Source of the DNA: an uncultured Clostridia bacterium
Lineage (GTDB): Bacteria; Bacillota; Clostridia; Christensenellales; UBA3700
Length of the DNA: 46,915 nucleotides
Reading direction: 5' to 3'
NCBI GenBank assembly: GCA_947176265.1
Contig: CAMWQA010000004.1
Location: forward strand, 1 to 46,915
Of the stretch, positions 39,416-46,915 are shown piece after piece. The position numbers and the translations under genes are program-made. Numbering within the stretch: the stretch's first letter is position 1; each line of letters begins with the position of its first letter. The notes below the pieces were generated by a model. The model was not told the origin of the DNA. It saw only the letters and a list, made by a program, of their open reading frames with translations, and ran no database searches.

Positions 39416-40921
39416 ATGTCAATCAATTATATATATCCTCCCTATGAAGTCGTCAGAGATTTTAACAAATGTATAAATTGCAAGATATGCGTCAAACAGT
39501 GCGCCAATGAGGTACATACCTTTGACGAAAAGCGGGGCATTATGCTTGCCGACGATACTAAGTGCGTCAACTGTCACAGATGCGTTGCAACGTGTCCTAC
39601 GAGAGCGCTCAAAATTGTCAAATCCGACAATACGTATAAAGAAAACGCCAACTGGTCGGCAGATTCAATGAAAGAGATTTACCGTCAGGCGGAGAGCGGC
39701 GGAGTTTTGCTCTCGTCCATGGGTAATCCTCAACCTCTGCCTGTATATTGGGATAAAATACTTATCAATGCTTCGCAAGTTACCAATCCGTCAATCGACC
39801 CATTGAGAGAGCCTATGGAGACGACGGTATTTTTGGGTAGTAAACCCGATAAAATAGTCAGAGACGAAACCGGCAAGATTGTCGACAACCTACAGCCGCA
39901 GCTCAAATTGAGTACGCCTATTATGTTTTCGGCGATGAGTTACGGATCAATAAGCTACAACGCTCACGCGTCGCTTGCCAAGGCGGCGGAGAAGTTGGGT
40001 ATATTCTACAACACTGGCGAAGGCGGACTTCACGAAGACTTTTATCAGTACGGAAAGAATACGATAGTGCAAGTTGCTTCGGGTAGATTCGGAGTATACA
40101 AAGATTATCTCGAGGCAGGCGCGTGCATAGAAATCAAGATAGGTCAGGGCGCAAAACCCGGCATCGGCGGACATTTGCCGGGAGCAAAGATTGTGGGCGA
40201 CATATCCAAGACGAGAATGATACCCGTCGGCAGCGATGCAATATCTCCCGCGCCGCACCACGATATATATTCAATAGAAGACTTGCGACAACTCGTGTAT
40301 TCGCTTAAGGAAGCAACGGATTACAAAAAGCCAATTGCAGTCAAAGTCGCAGCCGTGCATAACGTGGCTGCCGTCGCAAGCGGTATTGCCCGAAGCGGAG
40401 CGGATATTATTGTAATCGACGGATTTAGAGGCGGTACCGGCGCAGCGCCAACGAGAATAAGAGACAACGTAGGTATACCTATCGAACTTGCCCTTGCAAG
40501 CGTAGACAAGAGACTGCGCGACGAGGGTATAAGAGGCAACGTGTCTTTGGTCGTCGGCGGTTCTATCCGCAATAGCGCGGACGTAGTCAAGGCAATCGCA
40601 TTGGGCGCGGACGCTTGCTATATCGCCACGGCGGCGCTTATGGCAATGGGCTGTCATCTTTGCAGGTCGTGCCATCTGGGCAAATGTAATTGGGGTATAG
40701 CTACGCAAATCCCCGAGCTTGTCAAGAGACTTGACCCCGAGACTGGTTGCAATAGACTTGTCAATCTTGTAACGGCTTGGACGCATGAAATAAAAGAAAT
40801 GATGGGCGGTATGGGTATCAACTCAATTGAGGCGCTCAAAGGTAATAGGCTTATGCTTAGAGGCGTGGGACTAAATGAAAAGGAACTTGATATTTTAGGT
40901 ATCAAGCATGCAGGTGAATAG
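39416..40921 (+). CDS. Glutamate synthase FMN-binding subunit with N-terminal 2x[4Fe-4S] domain (GltB2-type)
   Basis: CxxCxxCxxxC twice, AMSYGS, NTGEGG, KIGQGAKPGIGGHLPG, SPAPHHDIYSIEDL, 3Fe-4S cysteines. Confidence 0.93.
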   Translation: MSINYIYPPYEVVRDFNKCINCKICVKQCANEVHTFDEKRGIMLADDTKCVNCHRCVATCPTRALKIVKSDNTYKENANWSADSMKEIYRQAESGGVLLSSMGNPQPLPVYWDKILINASQVTNPSIDPLREPMETTVFLGSKPDKIVRDETGKIVDNLQPQLKLSTPIMFSAMSYGSISYNAHASLAKAAEKLGIFYNTGEGGLHEDFYQYGKNTIVQVASGRFGVYKDYLEAGACIEIKIGQGAKPGIGGHLPGAKIVGDISKTRMIPVGSDAISPAPHHDIYSIEDLRQLVYSLKEATDYKKPIAVKVAAVHNVAAVASGIARSGADIIVIDGFRGGTGAAPTRIRDNVGIPIELALASVDKRLRDEGIRGNVSLVVGGSIRNSADVVKAIALGADACYIATAALMAMGCHLCRSCHLGKCNWGIATQIPELVKRLDPETGCNRLVNLVTAWTHEIKEMMGGMGINSIEALKGNRLMLRGVGLNEKELDILGIKHAGE

Positions 40922-41645
40922 TATGCTGAAAATAGACTGTACAGATAAGCATTTTTCCGAAATAGGAAAACTAATACGCGAAACTAAGGAAACGCAAATA
41001 GTAATCGACAATGCGCAAGGGCATAGATACATTGCTTCGGGCGTGGGCGGTAAGGAGATAACCATCAACGGTACTCCCGGCAACGCTATGGGCGCGTATC
41101 TCGACGGCTGTAAAATTGTCGTCAACGGAAGCGCGCAAGACGCAATCGGCGACACTATGAACGACGGACTTATAGTCATTCACGGCAACAGCGGAGACGC
41201 TACGGGATATTCAATGCGCGGCGGAAAGATTTTTATCAAGGGCGACGCGGGCTACCGCGCAGGTATACACATGAAAGCCTACAAGGATAAATTTCCAGTA
41301 CTCGTCATTGGCGGAAAGGCGGGCAGTTTCCTTGGCGAATATCAGGCGGGCGGAATAATACTGGTACTTGGAATTAATACCGACAGCAAGACCAACGTGG
41401 GCTTCTTTACCGGCAACGGCATGCACGGCGGTAAGATTATCTTGCGTAGCGACGAATTACCCGACTTGCCCGAGCAAATCGTAGCAAGAAAGGCAAACGC
41501 GGAGGATATGCAGGAGATAGAGCAGTACGTCAAAGAGTATTGCGGATATTTCGGCAATGAGCCAAAGGATATTTTGAGTAAAGAGTTTTTTGTGCTGACG
41601 GCTAATAGCGCGAATCCTTATAAGCAGTTATATACTTCCGTGTAA
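40908..41645 (+). CDS. Glutamate synthase GXGXG beta-helix subunit (GltB3-type)
   Basis: Repeated G.xG..M.GG.I.I.G motifs; FLGEYQAGG. Confidence 0.9.
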   Translation: MQVNSMLKIDCTDKHFSEIGKLIRETKETQIVIDNAQGHRYIASGVGGKEITINGTPGNAMGAYLDGCKIVVNGSAQDAIGDTMNDGLIVIHGNSGDATGYSMRGGKIFIKGDAGYRAGIHMKAYKDKFPVLVIGGKAGSFLGEYQAGGIILVLGINTDSKTNVGFFTGNGMHGGKIILRSDELPDLPEQIVARKANAEDMQEIEQYVKEYCGYFGNEPKDILSKEFFVLTANSANPYKQLYTSV

Positions 41646-41664
41646 GATTAATTAAGTTGAAGTC

Positions 41665-41695
41665 AAAAGGTATGTACTCGAGTACGTGCCTTTTT
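41665..41695 (+). terminator. Intrinsic terminator
   Basis: AAAAGGTATGTAC-TCGA-GTACGTGCCTTTTT. Confidence 0.75.
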
Positions 41696-41853
41696 ATTTT
41701 TTTAGTAGGAGTATGGGTTCGCTCGGTGTAATTTGCACAATAAGCAGATTTTTTATGTAGTGATACCTAACTAAAATACAAAGTAGCTAAACCCCATAAA
41801 AAATACGTTATTTAAGCAAACAACACCTTCGCTCGCCATATACAAGTTGCCGC

Positions 41854-42132
41854 TTACTTGCCAAATACCTCTTGTCCCATAGCAAGACCAAATGCAAAAG
41901 CCTCTCTGTATACGTCGTAAGCGTAGAGAACGGTTTCGTTTAAGTGAGCGTCTTGCAATTCGATAAACTCTTTCAAAAGTTTTGGATTGTCGGCAATTTG
42001 TTTTTGGAATTCTTCGATTTTATCGACCAAATCGTCAAAAGTTTTTTTGTATTCGTCGCTAGAATGAAATTCATCCAAGTTGCCTCGCTCTCCCATCATC
42101 ATTTGCATTATGGCTGAATTATGTTGTTTCAT
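41854..42132 (-). CDS. Small acidic helical protein (DUF6809-like) divergent from XRE gene
   Basis: C-terminal YREAFAFGLAMGQEVF motif; AAGGAAG RBS. Confidence 0.72.
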   Translation of the reverse strand: MKQHNSAIMQMMMGERGNLDEFHSSDEYKKTFDDLVDKIEEFQKQIADNPKLLKEFIELQDAHLNETVLYAYDVYREAFAFGLAMGQEVFGK

Positions 42133-42162
42133 TGTCTTTACTTCCTTTGTAACATTTTTATA

Positions 42163-42214
42163 ATTATATTTCAGGTATTACCTGAAGGTCAAGTGTTTTT
42201 AAGGTAATACCTGA
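42163..42214 (-). promoter_or_regulatory. Promoter with two palindromic operators
   Basis: TTCAGGTATTACCTGAA (42170-42186) and AGGTAATACCTGA (42202-42214) flank minus-strand TTGACC; TATAAT 18 bp downstream. Confidence 0.8.
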
Positions 42215-42251
42215 TAAAATCAAACTATAATTATAAGGGGTGTCATTGACT

Positions 42252-42476
42252 ATGATAACGTTAGAACAAATTAAATCAAAGTTTCAAGAGGTCGTTAAAG
42301 AGGCGATTACATATAGCGGTATAACTCAATCTGAGATTGCAAGGAGAATTAGGGTTAGTCCGCAAACAGTATCAGATTATTTAAAAGGTAATATTATGCC
42401 TGCGTTCGATACTTTCGCCAACTTATGTGAAGTTTTAGACCTTGATCCTGCCGAAATACTTTGTTTAAAAAGATAG
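42252..42476 (+). CDS. XRE family HTH regulator
   Basis: ITQSEIARRIRVSPQTVSDYLKG..P.FDTFANLCEVLD. Confidence 0.88.
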   Translation: MITLEQIKSKFQEVVKEAITYSGITQSEIARRIRVSPQTVSDYLKGNIMPAFDTFANLCEVLDLDPAEILCLKR

Positions 42477-42512
42477 GTATTAAAATATTTATATATTTAT
42501 TATTTACAAAAC

Positions 42513-42541
42513 TTGATATTTAAGATTTAGTATGATATAAT
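42513..42541 (+). promoter_or_regulatory. Promoter of GS-I-like/ANTAR/carAB operon
   Basis: TTGATA-17-TATAAT with extended -10 TG. Confidence 0.65.
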
Positions 42542-42581
42542 TATAAAAATATTGGACAAGTACGCTCCAAAAGAGGTTTTT

Positions 42582-43883
42582 ATGAGTCAGACTGTAAAGG
42601 AAGTTTTGGATTTTGTCAAAGACAATGACGTCAAATTTGTCAAATTGACCTTTTGCGACTCTTTCGGAAATATCAAGAATATATCAATCATAGCCGACGA
42701 GTTGCCCAACGCCTTTGAAAAGGGAGTGTCGTTTGAAGCCTATTCGATAGGCGGATTTGTCGACCCCGAAGAAAGCGACTTGTTGCTTTACCCCGACGCC
42801 TCAACTATTCAACTGTTGCCTTGGAGACCCCAGCACGGAAGCGTAGTGAGGTTTTTTTGTAAGATAAGACATCTAGATGGAAGGGATTTTGACGGCGACG
42901 GCAGAGGATTGCTGGCAAACGCTCAAAACAAACTTTCGCAGATGGGCTTGTCTTGTCTCATTGGTAGCGATTGCGAATTCTATCTATTCAAAATGAACGA
43001 GGGCGGAGCTCCAACGCTCGTGCCTCACGATATGGCGGGCTATCTTGACGTTGCTCCCTTTGACAAAGGCGAAAACGTAAGAAGAGATATTTGTCTCACA
43101 ATGGAGAGAATGGGTATCAAGCCATTGAGTTCTCATCACGAGAGAGGACCGGGACAAAACGAGATTTGTTTCAAGGTCAACGACGCGCTTATGGCTGCGG
43201 ACGATTTGCTGACCTTTAAGACGGTTGTCAAAGCCGTGGCAAATATGAACGGACTTCACGCGTCATTTATGCCCAAGCCGCTCAAAGACGAGATAGGCAG
43301 CGGATTGCATATCAATCTTTCTCTTCTCAAAGACGGCGACAACTTGTTTGACCCAACACGTCTTTCGGGGTCCAAAGAAGCCGAGAGCTTTGTCGCAGGT
43401 ATACTTGCAAGGGCAAAGGAAATGGCGGTATTCCTCAATCCCACCGTCAACTCATACGAAAGATTGGAAAACAACGAAGAGATAGAGGCTTACAATCAAA
43501 TTGCTTGGTCGTACCTCAACGGCCGTCAACTCATAAGGATAAAGAAGGACGGACTTGCAAAAATGCAACTTCGTTCCGCAGACCCGTCTTGCAATCCTTA
43601 TATCGCTTATGCGCTTTTGCTCTTTGCAGGCGCGGAGGGCATAGAGCAAGGGCTTAAGCTTCCCAAAGAGTTGGACGTGAAAAACGTCGGCGAAGTAGAG
43701 AGTTTGCCCGAAGACCTTATGAGCGCAATAGAGCTTGCAAAGAACAGCGAGTTTATCGCAAGATATATTCCGCGTAAGACTTTGGATAAGTTCTTTGAGT
43801 ATGAGGAAAACGAGTACAAGAACTATTCGTTGTCAAAAGATAAGGACGAGTTTGTTAATAAGACGTACTTCAATAAAATTTAG
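42582..43883 (+). CDS. Glutamine synthetase type I family protein with several degenerate catalytic motifs
   Basis: SDLLLYPD, LPWRP, HHE, GQNEI, FMPKP, GSGLHINLSL, DPSCNPY; ATG 42582 after GAGG. Confidence 0.88.
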   Translation: MSQTVKEVLDFVKDNDVKFVKLTFCDSFGNIKNISIIADELPNAFEKGVSFEAYSIGGFVDPEESDLLLYPDASTIQLLPWRPQHGSVVRFFCKIRHLDGRDFDGDGRGLLANAQNKLSQMGLSCLIGSDCEFYLFKMNEGGAPTLVPHDMAGYLDVAPFDKGENVRRDICLTMERMGIKPLSSHHERGPGQNEICFKVNDALMAADDLLTFKTVVKAVANMNGLHASFMPKPLKDEIGSGLHINLSLLKDGDNLFDPTRLSGSKEAESFVAGILARAKEMAVFLNPTVNSYERLENNEEIEAYNQIAWSYLNGRQLIRIKKDGLAKMQLRSADPSCNPYIAYALLLFAGAEGIEQGLKLPKELDVKNVGEVESLPEDLMSAIELAKNSEFIARYIPRKTLDKFFEYEENEYKNYSLSKDKDEFVNKTYFNKI

Positions 43884-43891
43884 GAAAAACT

Positions 43892-44461
43892 ATGGCAAGC
43901 GTACTAATCGTCTCGACGGCTGAATACGTAAGTAAACTTTCGGCAATGTTGCTAGATGTTGGCTTTGCCGACGTCTATCAGGCTCACTCAAGCGTCGAAG
44001 CAAGACATTTGATAATGGAAAGAGGGTACGCGCTTATGATTATCAACGCTCCGCTGGTAGACGAATTCGGGTACGAACTTGCCATATACGCAGTGGAAAA
44101 TACCACGATGAGCGTGCTTATGTTGGTGCGCGGAGAAGTAAGCGAAGCTGTGGAAAACAAAGTCGAGGACTACGGAGTTGTGGTTGTTTCAAAGCCTGCG
44201 ACCGGCGAAGGACTCTTCAAGACTTTGAAAGCGCTGTACGCCAACCACAACAGAATAAATTCAATTATGCAAAGCAATCGCAGATTGCAAGACAAGATTG
44301 AAGAGCTCAAACTCGTGGACAGAGCAAAATGTTTGCTGATTGCAAAAGAGGGTATGAGCGAAGAGCAAGCGCATAAATATATCGAAAGCGCGGCTATGGA
44401 TATGAGAGTATCCAAAAAACAAATTGCGGAAAAAATTATATCAATAAAACAATACGATTAA
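43892..44461 (+). CDS. ANTAR-domain antiterminator with pseudo-receiver domain (NitR/AmiR-like)
   Basis: LVDRAKCLLI..MSEEQAHKYIESAAMDMRVSK; receiver-like N-terminus with IINAPL in place of the phospho-Asp. Confidence 0.92.
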   Translation: MASVLIVSTAEYVSKLSAMLLDVGFADVYQAHSSVEARHLIMERGYALMIINAPLVDEFGYELAIYAVENTTMSVLMLVRGEVSEAVENKVEDYGVVVVSKPATGEGLFKTLKALYANHNRINSIMQSNRRLQDKIEELKLVDRAKCLLIAKEGMSEEQAHKYIESAAMDMRVSKKQIAEKIISIKQYD

Positions 44462-44476
44462 GAAAAAGAGGTAGAA

Positions 44477-45556
44477 ATGAAAAAAGTTTATCTTATTCTC
44501 GAAAACGGTAAGGTCTTTGAAGGCGAGTCGATTGGCGTCGAAGGCGAAGTAATCGGCGAAGTAGTCTTTACCACTGCAATGACGGGATATCTTGAGACTT
44601 TGACAGACCCAAGTTATTACGGTCAGATAGTTTGTCAAACTTTCCCGCTTATAGGTAATTACGGCGTTATCGAAGAGGACTTTGAATCTCCGGCTAGCGC
44701 AGTCAAGGGATATATCGTCAGAGATATATGCGACGCGCCGTCCAATTTCCGTTCTCAAGGCAAGCTCGACGATATGCTCAAGAAGTTGGGCGTAATAGGT
44801 ATCTGCGGTATAGATACCAGAGAGCTTACCAAGATAGTCAGAGAAAGCGGCGTTATGAACGGCATTATTACCGACAAGCCTACTCTCAACGACGAGCAGA
44901 AAAAGGCTCTTAACGAATACGTCATTACGGACGCAGTCAAGAGCGTATCTTGCAAAGAAAAGAGAGTCGTTTGCACCGTCAAGAAGCCGACCAAGAGAGT
45001 TGCGCTCCTCGATTACGGTATCAAGAGAAATATCATTGAGAAGTTGGCAAGACGCGGTTGCGAAGTTACGGTATTCCCGCACAATACTTCCGCCGAAGAG
45101 ATAATCGAGTTTAATCCCGACGGCATTATGCTTTCAAACGGACCGGGCAACCCCGAAGAAAACGTATATGAGATAAAGCAAATCAAAAAGCTTGTCAAGA
45201 GCGGCATACCTATGTTCGGTATTTGCATAGGACATCAGTTGCTTGCTCTTTCGCAAGGCGCAAAGACGTACAAGCTCAAGTACGGTCACCGCGGCGGAAA
45301 CCAACCGGTCAAGGACCTTGCAACAGGCAGAGTATACGTATCCACGCAAAATCACGGATACGCGGTTGACCTCGACACGCTTCCAAAGAACGCTCAAGTG
45401 ACTTTCGTCAACGTCAACGACGGAACTTGCGAGGGTATCAATTATAAGAATTCAAACGTATTTTCGGTACAGTTCCACCCCGAGGCTTGCGCAGGACCGC
45501 TCGACACGGGATATTTGTTTGACAGATTTATGGAGAATATGGAGGAAAGAAAGTAA
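44477..45556 (+). CDS. carA: Carbamoyl-phosphate synthase small subunit
   Basis: [41 protein letters not shown]. Confidence 0.97.
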   Translation: MKKVYLILENGKVFEGESIGVEGEVIGEVVFTTAMTGYLETLTDPSYYGQIVCQTFPLIGNYGVIEEDFESPASAVKGYIVRDICDAPSNFRSQGKLDDMLKKLGVIGICGIDTRELTKIVRESGVMNGIITDKPTLNDEQKKALNEYVITDAVKSVSCKEKRVVCTVKKPTKRVALLDYGIKRNIIEKLARRGCEVTVFPHNTSAEEIIEFNPDGIMLSNGPGNPEENVYEIKQIKKLVKSGIPMFGICIGHQLLALSQGAKTYKLKYGHRGGNQPVKDLATGRVYVSTQNHGYAVDLDTLPKNAQVTFVNVNDGTCEGINYKNSNVFSVQFHPEACAGPLDTGYLFDRFMENMEERK

Positions 45557-46915
45557 TGCCACTCAACAGTAAATTGCAAAAAGTAATGGTAATAGGTTCA
45601 GGACCTATCGTAATTGGACAAGCTGCAGAGTTTGACTATGCAGGAACGCAAGCTTGCCGCGCTCTCAAAGAGGCGGGACTCGAAGTAGTACTTGTCAACT
45701 CCAACCCCGCAACTATAATGACTGACAACGCAATCGCAGACAGAATATATATCGAGCCTTTGACGTTGACCACAGTCAAAAGAATAATCGAAAAAGAAAG
45801 ACCCGATTCGCTCTTGTCTACACTCGGCGGACAGACGGGTTTGACTTTGAGTATGCAACTTGCAAAAGAAGGCTTCCTTGAAAAGATGGGAGTTACGCTC
45901 CTCGGCGCAAGAGTGGATACTATTGACAAGGCTGAAGACAGACAGATGTTTAAGGATACGCTCGCTGAAATCAACGAGCCGACTATTCCGTCAGAAGTCG
46001 TCAACGATATAGAAAACGCCGTACGCGTAGCTGAAGAGATTGGCTTGCCGGTAATCATAAGACCTGCGTTTACGCTAGGCGGTAGCGGCGGCGGTATCGC
46101 ATATACGCAAGACGAATTTTTGGAGATTGCAGAAAACGGATTGCGTACTTCGCCTATACACCAAATCCTCGTTGAGAAATGTATCAGCGGTTGGAAGGAA
46201 ATCGAATTTGAAGTCATCAGAGACAGCAAGGGCAACGCAATCACGGTATGTAGTATGGAAAACTTCGATCCCGTAGGCGTACATACGGGCGACAGTATAG
46301 TTATCGCGCCTGCCGTAACCTTAGCTGATAAAGAATATCAAATGCTCCGCAGCGCGGCTTTGAAGATTGTCGAAGCGCTCAAGGTAGAAGGCGGCTGCAA
46401 CTGCCAGTTTGCTCTCAATCCCGATTCTTTTGAGTATGCGGTAATCGAAGTAAACCCGCGTGTCAGCAGAAGCTCGGCATTGGCGTCAAAGGCTACCGGC
46501 TATCCAATAGCAAAGGTTGCTACCAAGATAGCGATAGGCTATACGTTGGACGAAATCCAAAACGCCGTTACAGGCAACACCTTCGCTTGTTTTGAGCCGT
46601 CGATAGACTACGTGGTAGTCAAGTTCCCAAAATGGCCGTTTGACAAGTTCTTCTACGCAAGCCGTAAGTTGGGCACGCAGATGAAAGCTACGGGCGAAGT
46701 TATGGCAATAGGCGTAACATTCGAACAGGCTATAATGAAAGCAGTCAGAGGCGCGGAAATTTCTCACAACACCCTCAACGACAAGAAGTTCGAGAAGTAT
46801 TCAGACGAGAGACTCCACGAAAAACTTCACGACGTCGACGACGAGAGAATATTCGTCATCTACGAGGCTTTGAAGAGAGGAGTCAGCCCCGACGAGATTT
46901 TTGAAATAACAAAGA
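45556..46915 (+). CDS. carB: Carbamoyl-phosphate synthase large subunit (5' part, runs off window; absent from ORF track)
   Basis: ATG overlaps carA stop; translates [34 protein letters not shown]...[10 protein letters not shown]... Confidence 0.96.
   Translation, partial: MPLNSKLQKVMVIGSGPIVIGQAAEFDYAGTQACRALKEAGLEVVLVNSNPATIMTDNAIADRIYIEPLTLTTVKRIIEKERPDSLLSTLGGQTGLTLSMQLAKEGFLEKMGVTLLGARVDTIDKAEDRQMFKDTLAEINEPTIPSEVVNDIENAVRVAEEIGLPVIIRPAFTLGGSGGGIAYTQDEFLEIAENGLRTSPIHQILVEKCISGWKEIEFEVIRDSKGNAITVCSMENFDPVGVHTGDSIVIAPAVTLADKEYQMLRSAALKIVEALKVEGGCNCQFALNPDSFEYAVIEVNPRVSRSSALASKATGYPIAKVATKIAIGYTLDEIQNAVTGNTFACFEPSIDYVVVKFPKWPFDKFFYASRKLGTQMKATGEVMAIGVTFEQAIMKAVRGAEISHNTLNDKKFEKYSDERLHEKLHDVDDERIFVIYEALKRGVSPDEIFEITK

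Overview
Chromosomal segment of a low-GC Firmicute (Clostridia-like, probably a gut anaerobe; inferred from gene content and sigma-A promoters). Core and metabolic content: tRNA-Asn and tRNA-Arg, three glycoside hydrolases (GH3, GH29, GH2), a large FN3/GLUG-type lipoprotein, a MATE pump, a PadR-DUF1700-DUF4097 operon, DUF1538 with two P-II-like genes, a two-component system, purF and a nitrogen-assimilation cluster (GS type III, split glutamate synthase, GS-I-like gene, ANTAR regulator, carA, partial carB). Most unusual features: (1) a ~3.65 kb element integrated in the 3' end of tRNA-Arg(ACG) that carries only a large serine recombinase, an HUH rolling-circle Rep, long rod-like hairpins and one cargo gene, with a 54-bp near-palindromic attP that can be rebuilt from its ends; (2) two unrelated single genes, one inside and one just outside that element, each bracketed by the same 19-bp inverted site pair behind a shared promoter, suggesting a gene-cassette system; (3) three divergent XRE switch modules with the same promoter geometry but different operators and cargo, one driving a Cys-rich/CFI-box gene trio; (4) an ApgM phosphoglycerate mutase fused to a transmembrane helix and a ~600-aa extracellular region; (5) a GS-I-like gene with degenerate catalytic motifs, next to a pseudo-receiver ANTAR protein, with an ANTAR hairpin and terminator upstream of GS-III; (6) a stand-alone sRNA candidate with an anti-Shine-Dalgarno motif. 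All family calls come from motif recognition by eye; no database searches were run.
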